The notes under the pieces are model-generated. The model saw only the letters and a list, made by a program, of their open reading frames with translations. It did no database searches and had not been told where the DNA came from. Positions 46,882 to 56,758 of a stretch of 64,000 bases of DNA are shown here, piece after piece. This stretch comes from an uncultured Candidatus Saccharibacteria bacterium (GTDB taxonomy: Bacteria > Patescibacteriota > Minisyncoccia > Phycocordibacterales > UBA9973): contig CAYODR010000003.1 of the NCBI GenBank assembly GCA_964402895.1, positions 3,534 to 67,533 on the forward strand, given 5' to 3'. How positions within the stretch are numbered: position 1 is the stretch's first letter; each line of letters begins with the position of its first letter. The position numbers and the translations under genes were made by a program.

Positions 46882-48138
46882 ATGAAAAAAACCTTACTAA
46901 TCTTAATTATTATTCTTATCGGACTAGGAGCCTTTTGGTTTTTCTATATCAAACCAAAAACAAACGAAGGTACTACAACAATGGATGTTGTTGGTAACCT
47001 ATTCCCAATTGGGAATAGCATAGGAGATATTTTTTCAAATGGGGATGAAAATCTCTTCATCAATGATCCAAATACTGTTTTAAATCAAAACAACACTACA
47101 AATTTTAAACAAGTTACCAACTTCCCAATAGCGGGATACACAACCTTTAATCTTACTAGAGAGGTTATAGTAAATAATACCGAAAATCCAAATCAACCAA
47201 CTAGAACCAACATTACAGATAACATATTGAGATATGTGTCTAGAGAAACTGGCTATGTTTTTGAGAAAAAAAATGATGATCAAGGTATCCAAATAACCAA
47301 CATTCACATACCAAACATATACGAAGCATCCTTTGCGGACAACAATAACACTGCTATCTTAAGATTTTTGAGACCAGATAATAGAACTATTGCTACATAT
47401 AGTGTGCCTATACCTATAGCAGATGCAAGTGGCAGAAAAACTCAACAAAATGGAGTATTTTTGTCAGACAATATTCAGAGTATTGCTACAGCCAAAAACT
47501 CAAGTACCATACTTGAACTAATAAAAACACAAACAGGCTCTACGATAAGCTCTAGCAGTACAAATAACACAAATAAAAGAACAGTAACAAATCAAACTTT
47601 CAGTGAATGGCTCTTGATATGGCCAAACCCCCAAAACATATATCTACAAACTAAAGCATCTTCTAATGTAGCGGGTTTTCTTTATAGACTAGAACAAAAT
47701 GGCAGATTAAATAAAATAATCGGAAATGTTTCTGGGCTGACAGCTTCAGTTTCACCAAAAAATAATTTTATTATATATTCAAACAGTGTAGAGGGTGGAA
47801 TAGTTACAAAATTATTTAATATGAGTAACAACACAACGACAACAATGAGCCTTTCAATCCTTCCTGAAAAATGTGTGTGGCTTGAAAACGAAGATTTAAT
47901 CTGTGCGGGAAATACTTTTATGCCCAATGATGGCGTATACCCAGATAGCTGGTATGCTGGAATAACTAAACTAAACGATCAATTATATAGAATAAATACC
48001 AGTACAAATACCTACACTCTTCTGTACAATGGTTCTGATAGAGTATTTGATATGATTAACCTTCAGATGGATGAAGGTAGGGGAATACTATACTTTATAG
48101 ATAAGCCCACTGGATTACTTTGGCAATTTAGCGTTTAA
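46882..48138 (+). CDS. membrane-anchored hypothetical protein
   Basis: N-terminal TM LLILIIILIGLGAFWFFYI; Asn/Thr-rich. Confidence 0.45.
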   Translation: MKKTLLILIIILIGLGAFWFFYIKPKTNEGTTTMDVVGNLFPIGNSIGDIFSNGDENLFINDPNTVLNQNNTTNFKQVTNFPIAGYTTFNLTREVIVNNTENPNQPTRTNITDNILRYVSRETGYVFEKKNDDQGIQITNIHIPNIYEASFADNNNTAILRFLRPDNRTIATYSVPIPIADASGRKTQQNGVFLSDNIQSIATAKNSSTILELIKTQTGSTISSSSTNNTNKRTVTNQTFSEWLLIWPNPQNIYLQTKASSNVAGFLYRLEQNGRLNKIIGNVSGLTASVSPKNNFIIYSNSVEGGIVTKLFNMSNNTTTTMSLSILPEKCVWLENEDLICAGNTFMPNDGVYPDSWYAGITKLNDQLYRINTSTNTYTLLYNGSDRVFDMINLQMDEGRGILYFIDKPTGLLWQFSV

Positions 48139-48831
48139 TTTTCTTTTTAAATAGAAATCTTGTACTATAGAAAAGATATTTGCTGTAACCCAATAAATAG
48201 AAACTGCAGCTGCAAGCTGATTTGCAATTATTATAATAATCACAGGGAGAACAAAGCGTGTCTGTATAGACATGCTTTTTGCAAACTGATGTTGGAAACT
48301 CATCTTTTGATCTTCACTTGGAGTAGCGGGCTTCGGCATCAAAAAAGCTTGAACTGATTGAGATAAACCTGCCAAAATAGCCAGTGGAAGATAGGGCTTA
48401 GTGATATCTATAATCCCCAAAAACATATCGTGCAACCCATCAATGCTCAAGAATGAATACAGGTGTTCTGGCTGATTTATTCCGTGAATAAAAACAAAAT
48501 ACAAAGCAAACAAAATAGGGAGCTGAATCAACAAGAACAAACACCCGGAAAAAGGGTTTACTTTTGATTCTTTATAAATTTCCATTGTTTTTTTAGCCTC
48601 TTCTTCTTTGGAAAGTCCGAGTTTTTTGATCGCATCTATTTTAGGTTGTACATCTTTCATTTTGTACTGACTTATAGTGCTTTTTTTACTCAAAGGATAT
48701 AAAACTACACGAATAAGTATTGTTACAAAAATAACAGCCAGTCCAATATCTTTAATTGTGATATTTTGTGATGTAAATACTAAAAGGTTGTAAATAGGCT
48801 CATAGATTATTGTCTCCCAAATTGTTTTCAT
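48115..48831 (-). CDS. yidC: membrane protein insertase YidC (short form)
   Basis: 238 aa, 5 TM, conserved helical-hairpin region; adjacent to yidD-rnpA-rpmH. Confidence 0.85.
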   Translation of the reverse strand: MKTIWETIIYEPIYNLLVFTSQNITIKDIGLAVIFVTILIRVVLYPLSKKSTISQYKMKDVQPKIDAIKKLGLSKEEEAKKTMEIYKESKVNPFSGCLFLLIQLPILFALYFVFIHGINQPEHLYSFLSIDGLHDMFLGIIDITKPYLPLAILAGLSQSVQAFLMPKPATPSEDQKMSFQHQFAKSMSIQTRFVLPVIIIIIANQLAAAVSIYWVTANIFSIVQDFYLKRKLNAKLPK

Positions 48832-48851
48832 AAAACGGATTATAGCACACT

Positions 48852-49121
48852 TTAAAAAGGTTTATCTATCTTAGGCTCATTGAAAGGGTGACATCTGGAT
48901 ATCCTATTTAAGGTCTTAATTGTCGCTTTAAAAAAAGGAAGCTTTTGATAACAAATTATCCCATACTCTGAACAAGTGGGGTAAAAAATACAGCTTGGCT
49001 TAGGATAAAAAGGTAAAAATCTTAAAATCCCAACAGAAGGGGATAGTGTAAACCTATAAAACCTAATAAATAAAATGGCTAAAATATTTGGAATTTTATT
49101 TAGTTTTGTCCAAAAGTTCAT
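48852..49121 (-). CDS. yidD: membrane protein insertion efficiency factor YidD
   Basis: FYRFTLSP ... YPTCSEYG hallmark of YidD. Confidence 0.75.
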   Translation of the reverse strand: MNFWTKLNKIPNILAILFIRFYRFTLSPSVGILRFLPFYPKPSCIFYPTCSEYGIICYQKLPFFKATIKTLNRISRCHPFNEPKIDKPF

Positions 49122-49428
49122 ATATATGTTTATTTAAATCTATAAAATCCATTGAATAAGCGTCTTTTGAAAGAAACAATATAGCATGAACAAAATTTTG
49201 ATTATTTTTATAATAATCTCTCACTAGGGAATATATTCTTCTTTTTATTTTGTTTCTTTTTACAGCGCTTTTCTCTTTTTTAGAACTAACAACAACAGAA
49301 AACCTATAATTATCAAGGGTTTTTAGATATTTTAATGTCCCGATACGATTAAAAGTCGTACTCAAAATACGACTTTCAGACAAGCTTCTAAATAAATTTC
49401 TATCTAGCCGTTTATTTGACGGCAACAT
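49096..49428 (-). CDS. rnpA: ribonuclease P protein component
   Basis: 110 aa basic protein with RNR-like KRNKIKRR motif in the conserved operon position. Confidence 0.8.
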   Translation of the reverse strand: MLPSNKRLDRNLFRSLSESRILSTTFNRIGTLKYLKTLDNYRFSVVVSSKKEKSAVKRNKIKRRIYSLVRDYYKNNQNFVHAILFLSKDAYSMDFIDLNKHIYELLDKTK

Positions 49429-49434
49429 GATACT

Positions 49435-49569
49435 TTAGAGAGCGATTACAGCACGCCCCTTGCGTCTTCTGGCTTGTAAAACCTTCTTTCCAGTTGAAGT
49501 AGCACTGCGAACTAGAAATCCGTGTGTTTTTGCTCTTTTTCTCTTTTTTGGTTGATATGTTTGAGACAT
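49435..49569 (-). CDS. rpmH: 50S ribosomal protein L34
   Basis: [21 protein letters not shown] ... [11 protein letters not shown]; the ORF track extends upstream, so the start is placed at MSQTYQP. Confidence 0.85.
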   Translation of the reverse strand: MSQTYQPKKRKRAKTHGFLVRSATSTGKKVLQARRRKGRAVIAL

Positions 49570-49630
49570 ATAGGTAGAGCTACTATACACAATATGTATA
49601 AAATAATCAAGTATCTTTCTTAATTGTTTT

Positions 49631-49656
49631 TTTGCTATAATCCACTGTATCCACAG
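49631..49656 (+). promoter_or_regulatory. dnaA promoter region: TGcTATAAT extended -10 overlapping two 8/9 DnaA boxes
   Basis: tgctataatccactgtatccacag read directly. Confidence 0.4.
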
Positions 49657-49704
49657 TTTATCAACATTTTTAACTATTTGCTTTAAAAAGGTAGAATACA
49701 TGTA

Positions 49705-51048
49705 ATGCAAAATGACTTAGTACAAATCTGGAATACTTGCTTGAAATCAGTAGAGACACAAATTTCAAAAGCTAACTTTAGTACATGGTTTAAACAAGCT
49801 GATATTATTAAAGAGGAAAATGGTATTGTATACATATCAGTTCCAAATGAATTTGTACGAGAATGGATGATAAATAAATATCAAAAAATGATATTAAAAT
49901 CACTCGTAGAACAAATAGAAAATTTAAGATCTATAGAATTTGTTATCCATAGGGTAACAAATTCTAAAAATGAGACTAAAAAAGATGTAGAAGAAAAACC
50001 TTCTCTTCCTCTACAAGAAGACTTTATCAATAGGGACGACAATCTAAACCCTAAATATACCTTTGATAGATTTATCGTTGGACCGTTTAATGAATTGGCA
50101 CATGCTGCAGCTCAAGCTGTAGTATCTAAGCCCGAATCAGCATATAATCCACTTTTTATATATGGTTCAAGTGGACTAGGAAAAACACACTTAATACAAG
50201 CAATAGGCAATGAACTTAAAAAACAATTTCCTAATAAAAAAGTTTTATATACTAGCTTAGAAAGATTTTCTAATGACTATGTAATGAGTGTACAAAATAA
50301 CAAACAACCAGCTTTTAGAGAAAAATATAGAAAATACGATGCACTTATAATAGATGATATTCAATTTCTTTCAGGAAAAGAGGGGACACAAAATGAATTG
50401 TTTCATCTTTTTAATGTTTTATATGATCAAAATAAAAACATTATTTTTTCATCTGATAAACATCCAAATCATATTATTGGTATAGAAGATAGATTGAAAA
50501 CCAGATTTAATGCCGGTATGACAATAGATATTCAAGAGCCTGATTTAGAGAGTAGACTAGCTATTGCCCGAAACAAAGTATCAAGCTCAAATTACCCCCC
50601 AGAAGACGATACGCTGATGTATATCGCTTCATCCATAACAGGGAGTATTAGAGAGCTTGAAGGTGTTTTAAACACCATCTCAATGCATTCTAACTTAAAA
50701 CAAAAACCAATAAGTCTTACAGATGTAAAATTACTAATTAAAAACAGTGTTAAACCTAAAAAAGTAATATCTATTGATAATATTGTAAAAATAGTTTCTG
50801 ATTATTATAATCTTGATGAACAAACTATATACAATAAGACTCGTAGAAAAGAAATAGTTCGAGCAAGACAAATCATAATGTATGTTTTAAGAGAAGATTT
50901 CAACGAATCATATCCAACTATCGGTTCTAAACTTGGTGGAAAAGATCATACTACAGTTATACACTCTTATGAAAAAATTAAAAATGAAATAATTATCAAT
51001 CCTCACTTACAAAAAGAAATAGATGACATTAGGATTATGTTTAAATAG
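49705..51048 (+). CDS. dnaA: chromosomal replication initiator DnaA
   Basis: Walker [11 protein letters not shown], box VII, C-terminal DNA-binding domain; divergent from rpmH. Confidence 0.92.
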   Translation: MQNDLVQIWNTCLKSVETQISKANFSTWFKQADIIKEENGIVYISVPNEFVREWMINKYQKMILKSLVEQIENLRSIEFVIHRVTNSKNETKKDVEEKPSLPLQEDFINRDDNLNPKYTFDRFIVGPFNELAHAAAQAVVSKPESAYNPLFIYGSSGLGKTHLIQAIGNELKKQFPNKKVLYTSLERFSNDYVMSVQNNKQPAFREKYRKYDALIIDDIQFLSGKEGTQNELFHLFNVLYDQNKNIIFSSDKHPNHIIGIEDRLKTRFNAGMTIDIQEPDLESRLAIARNKVSSSNYPPEDDTLMYIASSITGSIRELEGVLNTISMHSNLKQKPISLTDVKLLIKNSVKPKKVISIDNIVKIVSDYYNLDEQTIYNKTRRKEIVRARQIIMYVLREDFNESYPTIGSKLGGKDHTTVIHSYEKIKNEIIINPHLQKEIDDIRIMFK

Positions 51049-51257
51049 TGTGGATAAGGTGTGTAGATATATGTTTAAAGTTATGGAAAAGTATAAATAT
51101 AAAAAGTATCTTTTATTTGAATAAAAAGTTATTAAAATTAATTAAATTTTTTACACATTCTTTATTTAATAAATACCTTTAAATATAAAAGATAAAAAAC
51201 CCTTTTCCACAATCCACACCCTATATATAGTCTTAATAGAATTAAATATAAAAAATT
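51049..51257. other. candidate oriC / DNA unwinding element between dnaA and dnaN
   Basis: perfect DnaA box tgtggataa at 51049-51057, partial boxes at about 51213-51226, and an extremely AT-rich tract in between. Confidence 0.45.
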
Positions 51258-52355
51258 ATGAAAGTTACCTGTGAAATAAAAAAACTACAAAATGCTGTAT
51301 CCTTAGCTGATAAAATGACTGGTAAAAATTTATCACTACCCACACTACATGCTATTCATTTAGAAGTAAAAGGTAAGGAAATAAAAATAAAAGCTACAAA
51401 TCTAGCTATTGGTATAGAGGTTACTATTCCTGCGGATGTTGCAGAGGAGGGTAGTGTTTTGATTAAGGGGGATATTTTATCTAGTGTATGTAGTCATTTA
51501 AAAGGGGATAATGAGGTGGCATTATCACTTGAGAATGAAAATCTAACAATAACAACAGAACACAATACTACTGTTGTTAAATGTTTACCAAATGATGATT
51601 TTCCAACATTGCCTGTTGTAGAAGAAAATGAGTTTAATATTAAAACTAAAGATTTGATAGATGGTATAAGATCAGTATTTTTTGCAGCTGCTGTGACTGA
51701 TATTAAACCAGAAATTGCTAGTGTTTATATATATAGTGAAAATGATAATCTTGTTTTTGTTGCCACAGATTCATTTAGATTAGCTGAGAAAAAGATTAAA
51801 ATAAAAGGACTTCCAGAAATAAGTAAAATTCTTATTCCTTATAAAAATATTCCAGAGATTTTAAGAGTATTAGATAGCTCACCTGAAAATATGACACTTG
51901 CTTATAATAGAAATCAACTTTCTTTATTAGGAAATGGTATTTATTTAACTTCAAGATTGATTGACGGAGGCTTTCCACAATATCAACTTATTATTCCTAA
52001 AGAGGAAGAAACTAAAGTAGTCATTCTTAAGCAAGAGCTTATAAATACTTTAAGACTTTCTACTTTGTTTGCAGATAAATTTTATCAAGTATTGTTGTCT
52101 GTATCACTTGAAAATAAAAATATTGTTATTAGTTCTAGAAACAATGATGTAGGCTCGTCAGTTTCCAATATAGAGGCTGCTATTGTTGGTAATGAGATTG
52201 CCGTAGAGTGTAATTTGAAATACTTTATAGATGTATTTCAATCACTAAATGGTGATAGTGTTTCTATGTCTTTTACAAAACCAAATAAACCCATAGTGAT
52301 CAGAAGTGTAAACGATACTTCTTTCCTATATTTATTAATGCCAGCCAATAGATAA
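51258..52355 (+). CDS. dnaN: DNA polymerase III beta sliding clamp
   Basis: 365 aa, three-domain clamp pattern, in the conserved dnaA-dnaN order. Confidence 0.9.
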   Translation: MKVTCEIKKLQNAVSLADKMTGKNLSLPTLHAIHLEVKGKEIKIKATNLAIGIEVTIPADVAEEGSVLIKGDILSSVCSHLKGDNEVALSLENENLTITTEHNTTVVKCLPNDDFPTLPVVEENEFNIKTKDLIDGIRSVFFAAAVTDIKPEIASVYIYSENDNLVFVATDSFRLAEKKIKIKGLPEISKILIPYKNIPEILRVLDSSPENMTLAYNRNQLSLLGNGIYLTSRLIDGGFPQYQLIIPKEEETKVVILKQELINTLRLSTLFADKFYQVLLSVSLENKNIVISSRNNDVGSSVSNIEAAIVGNEIAVECNLKYFIDVFQSLNGDSVSMSFTKPNKPIVIRSVNDTSFLYLLMPANR

Positions 52356-52356
52356 G

Positions 52357-52608
52357 ATGAATTTATTTCAAGATATATTATCAAAAATAAAAAAAGATTT
52401 AGATGCTAAATCTTTAGATATATCTTTAGTTTCTAAAATAATATCTGATATTGTAGGGGTTGAAATATCTAAAGATAAAATAAAACAAAAAGGTAGTCAT
52501 ATATTTTTAAATATTTCACCAACATTAAAATCTAAACTAATATTAAAACGCCAAGATATTATCTCAGCGTTTCAAAAAAATAATTTAAATATTAAGAGTT
52601 TTAGTTAA
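52357..52608 (+). CDS. DUF721/DciA-like small protein
   Basis: 83 aa immediately after dnaN; C-terminal G.HIFLNISPTLKSKLILKRQDII resembles the DUF721 pattern. Confidence 0.35.
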   Translation: MNLFQDILSKIKKDLDAKSLDISLVSKIISDIVGVEISKDKIKQKGSHIFLNISPTLKSKLILKRQDIISAFQKNNLNIKSFS

Positions 52609-55111
52609 TAATTTCAATTTCTTTTTCTACAATACTTCTTGCAAAAATACTATTTATTCCAACAAATCTCATTGTATATTTACCAGTTTTATAATTGAAA
52701 TCTTTAGGGATAAAATTAAATCTAAAAGGTGAAGCGGGTAATGTGGTGATAAAAGAATTATCCACATATATATCTACACTATTTAATGGGTGATCATCTT
52801 CTGTTGAAATGGTTATGGTTGTCATTTCATTTAATGGTATATAGCTTTCTAGTCCATTTATTTTTAATTCGCCAGCATCTCCTTGGTGTAGGGTTTCATA
52901 TTCCTCTGGAAGGTCTGTTAAGGCGATAGCGTTATAGTCTTGTGCATGTTGTTGCCACCATCTTTGAACAGCATAATTCCAAGAATTAAATTGTGGATCA
53001 GAAGCGGGGTTTCTTGGGGCAGGACCTCTAGGGTCTTTTTTATCAACCCAGAAAAGAATATCTTTTACATCAGTAATAACTTTTTCAATAATAACCTCAA
53101 GTGGAGTATTTTCTGTTGCTCTAAGTCCTGTGATACGATCTATTTTAACAGTTTCATTACCCATCCATTCTCCTTTTAGAACAGGTTTTATTTCAGACAA
53201 GTCTTCTTCTGGTATTGGTTTTTCAAATTCAGTTTTACCGATTTTATCAATAGCCTTATTCATAAATTCTTTCCAGATAGGACCTGAGATTGCAGAACCA
53301 CCACTTGCCATAGAACGATTGTCATTATTTCCAGACCATACTCCAACTGCAATATCAGGTGTATAACCTAAAATCCATGCATCTTTGTTGTCATTAGTAG
53401 TACCAGTTTTTACTGCTACACCTGGAATAGTAATAGATGACAATCCAAATGTCGGAACTCTAGCTTGGGTGTCACTTAAAACATCGTTTAGGATCAGGGC
53501 AGTGTTTTTATCTATTGCTTCTACATTATTTTCTTCAAATTTTTCTATAACTTCACCTTTTTTATTTTTTACTTCTAGGATACCTGTAGTCACATTTCTG
53601 ATACCACTATTTGCAAGTGTTGCATAAGCAGTAGTCATATCAAAAAGTGATACTTCTCCGCCCCCAAGAACAAGTGATAGTCCTAAATTTTTAGGGTCTT
53701 TAAGAGTTGTTATACCTAATTTGTGAGCATTTTTTATAGTATCTTCTATTCCTACTAAATATAAAAGTTTTACAGATGGTATGTTTCTACTTTCAGCTAG
53801 AGCACTTCTTATAGAAATAGGACCTCGAGATTTGTTGTCAAAGTTTGAAGGATGATAACAATCTTTATCTGTAAATCCTGGCTTCGGTGTCATATCAGGA
53901 TAACAATTTGTTGAAAATTCTGTGGGAACATCAAAAAGTATTGTTTCAGGTAAATAACCTTTTTCAAAAGCGGTTAGATATACGAAGGGTTTAAAAGAAG
54001 ACCCTGGTTGTCTTTGTGCAGTAACCACATTATAAGCACCATCTATTTCTTTATCAAAGTAATTTCTTGATCCAACCATTGATAGGATTTGCCCAGTCTT
54101 TGGGTCTGTAGCAAAGAGTGCAGTATTGGATGCTCGATATTGCGACATATTTTTAGGAGCTTGTTCTGCAATAATTTTTTCAGCTTCTTGCTGAAGTTCA
54201 TAATCCAGAGTTGTTTTAATAGTATATCCACCACTTTCCATAACATTTTCACCATATTTTTTTTGTAGATAATCTAAGATATAAAATACAAAGTGTGGAG
54301 CTTTGATACTATTTGAGGCTGATTGATTAAATACTACCTCTTCTATTTTGGCAGATTCATATTCTTCTTCTGTAATTCTTTCATACTCAAACATTTTCTT
54401 GAGTACCAAATCCTTTCTGGCTGAGAGTCTATCTTTGTTATTTCCAAATGGAGAATAATATGTGGGGGCAGGAAGCATGGCTGCGAGATATGCTGATTCT
54501 GCTACGGATAATTCTTTTGATGCTTTACTGAAAAATGCTTGGGCTGCTTCCTCTACACCATAAATAGTACTTCCAAAAGGTGCATCATTTAGATAGATTT
54601 GTAAGATTTGATCTTTTTCAAAATGTCTTTCAAGTCTAACTGCCAAAATCCACTCTTTAAGTTTACGAGTTATTTTTTTATCCGTTGTCAGAAGAGTATT
54701 TTTAACAATCTGTTGAGTGATGGTTGATCCACCCTGAGAGAAACTCATTGTTTTTAGAGAGTCTAAAGTCGCTCTGATTATAGAAGTTGGTCTGATACCT
54801 TTATGTTTATAAAAATGTGTATCTTCAATAGATAAAACTGCTTCTATGATGTTTTCACCCATTTCTTCTAGAGGGATTTCTGTTCTTCGAACTGATTGGT
54901 GGATATCGTATAAAACAATTTCACCTGTACGGTCAGTTATTTTAGATGAATTAGCTATTTTTCGTGCTTCAAAGGTGCTGATGTCTGGCAATCTTAAAGT
55001 ACTAGCCCAAATCAAGCCCCCACCAATAGATAGTAGTAAAATAGAAAATGCACCTATTATTATTTTAGTAATTAAATCTAGCTTCTTCGTTTTTTTTACA
55101 GGTTTTTTCAT
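52601..55111 (-). CDS. mrcA: bifunctional class A penicillin-binding protein (glycosyltransferase plus transpeptidase)
   Basis: N-terminal TM, GT51 motifs EDTHFYKHKG and GGSTITQQ, transpeptidase SSFKPF, SRN, KTGT. Confidence 0.9.
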   Translation of the reverse strand: MKKPVKKTKKLDLITKIIIGAFSILLLSIGGGLIWASTLRLPDISTFEARKIANSSKITDRTGEIVLYDIHQSVRRTEIPLEEMGENIIEAVLSIEDTHFYKHKGIRPTSIIRATLDSLKTMSFSQGGSTITQQIVKNTLLTTDKKITRKLKEWILAVRLERHFEKDQILQIYLNDAPFGSTIYGVEEAAQAFFSKASKELSVAESAYLAAMLPAPTYYSPFGNNKDRLSARKDLVLKKMFEYERITEEEYESAKIEEVVFNQSASNSIKAPHFVFYILDYLQKKYGENVMESGGYTIKTTLDYELQQEAEKIIAEQAPKNMSQYRASNTALFATDPKTGQILSMVGSRNYFDKEIDGAYNVVTAQRQPGSSFKPFVYLTAFEKGYLPETILFDVPTEFSTNCYPDMTPKPGFTDKDCYHPSNFDNKSRGPISIRSALAESRNIPSVKLLYLVGIEDTIKNAHKLGITTLKDPKNLGLSLVLGGGEVSLFDMTTAYATLANSGIRNVTTGILEVKNKKGEVIEKFEENNVEAIDKNTALILNDVLSDTQARVPTFGLSSITIPGVAVKTGTTNDNKDAWILGYTPDIAVGVWSGNNDNRSMASGGSAISGPIWKEFMNKAIDKIGKTEFEKPIPEEDLSEIKPVLKGEWMGNETVKIDRITGLRATENTPLEVIIEKVITDVKDILFWVDKKDPRGPAPRNPASDPQFNSWNYAVQRWWQQHAQDYNAIALTDLPEEYETLHQGDAGELKINGLESYIPLNEMTTITISTEDDHPLNSVDIYVDNSFITTLPASPFRFNFIPKDFNYKTGKYTMRFVGINSIFARSIVEKEIEIIN

Positions 55112-55364
55112 ATACTAATCATACAGATAAAATGCAAAAAAGAGAACATTTTGCATGTTTATATCTCTTATAGACGATTACCTTACTCTATTTATTACTA
55201 TTAGTAAAATATTTTATAAATATATGCTTATTTATAAAATATGAAATAATTCATTAGTTTTTTTCTAATCTTTTCAGCTTTTTTATGATTTCTTTCTATT
55301 ATTACTTTTGACCTTTTAATTTTATATCTAAAATCTCTTAAAAATGATATAGTATAGATACTAT

Positions 55365-56567
55365 ATGGAGAATAAGACTAAAGAAGACAAAATAAAAGAG
55401 GTTTTAGAAAAGGGGGTATCAGAGGTATTACCAAGTAAAGAGTTCGTAGAAAGTAGATTAAAAAGTGGCGATATATTGTCTATATATGCTGGATTTGACC
55501 CTACCGGACCAACTCTTCACTTGGGTCACGCCATACAACTCAGAAAATTAAGGCAATTTCAAGATTTAGGGCATAAAATCATATTTTTAGTTGGGAACTT
55601 CACTGCTCAGATAGGTGACCCTACCGATAAAGGCTCTGCAAGAAAAGTTTTAACCAAAAAAGAAGTAGAACAAAATCTAAAGCTTTATAAAAAACAAGCT
55701 GGTAAGTTTATAAATTTTTCTGGGAAAAATAGAGCTGTCATTAAATACAATAATGATTGGCTTGGTAGAATGCGTTTTGCTGAAGTCCTTGATTTAGCAT
55801 CAAATATGACAGTGGATCAAATGCTCAAGAGAGATATGTTTGATAAACGCATGAAAGAAGGAAAGCCTATATATATACATGAGTTTATGTATCCGCTAAT
55901 GCAGGGGTATGATAGTGTGTACCTAAATGTAGATGGCGAGATAGGAGGGAACGATCAACTCTTTAATATGCTAACAGGCAGACATCTTCAAAAGACTCTA
56001 AAAAATAAAGAGAAATTTGTCATCACAACTAAACTTCTGGAAGATAATAGCGGAAAGAAAATGGGTAAGACTGAAGGAAATATGGTTAGTTTTTTAGATA
56101 CCCCACCAGAGGTTTATGGAAAAGTTATGAGTTGGACTGATGGAATGATAATTCCTGCATTTGAACTTTGTACTGATTATTCAATGGAGGGTATAAAAAG
56201 TATCGCAGATAGACTAACAAAAAATGAAAATCCAAGAGATATTAAAATGTTTTTAGCATATGAAATAGTAAAAGAGTACTTTGGAGAAAAAGACGCTCTT
56301 AAAGCGCAAGATATTTTTATTAAAACTTTTCAGAAAAAAGAAATACATGAAGATATTAAAGAAGTAAATTCAGAAAATAGAACTCTGGAAGAGATTATCT
56401 TAAATGAAAATATTTTATCATCTAGGGGAGAGATTAGAAGGTTGTCTCAAGCGGGTGCTATCTCTGATTTTGAAAGCAAAAAAACTCTTTCGTATGAAGA
56501 GGTAAAAATAAATACAGAGAAAAAAGTTTTTAAGATTGGTAAAAAAAATATTATTAAAATAATTTAA
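55365..56567 (+). CDS. tyrS: tyrosyl-tRNA synthetase
   Basis: GFDPTGPTLHLGH (HIGH), KMGKT (KMSKS) and C-terminal S4-like domain. Confidence 0.85.
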   Translation: MENKTKEDKIKEVLEKGVSEVLPSKEFVESRLKSGDILSIYAGFDPTGPTLHLGHAIQLRKLRQFQDLGHKIIFLVGNFTAQIGDPTDKGSARKVLTKKEVEQNLKLYKKQAGKFINFSGKNRAVIKYNNDWLGRMRFAEVLDLASNMTVDQMLKRDMFDKRMKEGKPIYIHEFMYPLMQGYDSVYLNVDGEIGGNDQLFNMLTGRHLQKTLKNKEKFVITTKLLEDNSGKKMGKTEGNMVSFLDTPPEVYGKVMSWTDGMIIPAFELCTDYSMEGIKSIADRLTKNENPRDIKMFLAYEIVKEYFGEKDALKAQDIFIKTFQKKEIHEDIKEVNSENRTLEEIILNENILSSRGEIRRLSQAGAISDFESKKTLSYEEVKINTEKKVFKIGKKNIIKII

Positions 56568-56758
56568 TATTTAAATAAGTCACCTAATTTTTTGGACCAA
56601 AATGTTTGAAATAAGTTAACAATCAGAAGTGCTGGTAGAAAAACAATACTAACTATTGCAAATACAATAACATTCCATACAAGCGAGATTATTTTTTCTA
56701 GACTTTCCATATAGGGAATAGTACTTCAAAAAGAATATCGTGGCAATATAATAAAAAT

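Noticed and set aside
55112-55364. Possible T-box leader upstream of tyrS
   Set aside because: No T-box consensus (AATTAGGGTGGTACCGCG-like) and no specifier or antiterminator architecture. Only a small hairpin was found, and the -10 box abuts the ATG.
56567-56710. 47-aa hydrophobic minus-strand ORF convergent with tyrS
   Set aside because: Below the track size cutoff, with no promoter or terminator support; could be real, but evidence is too weak to call.
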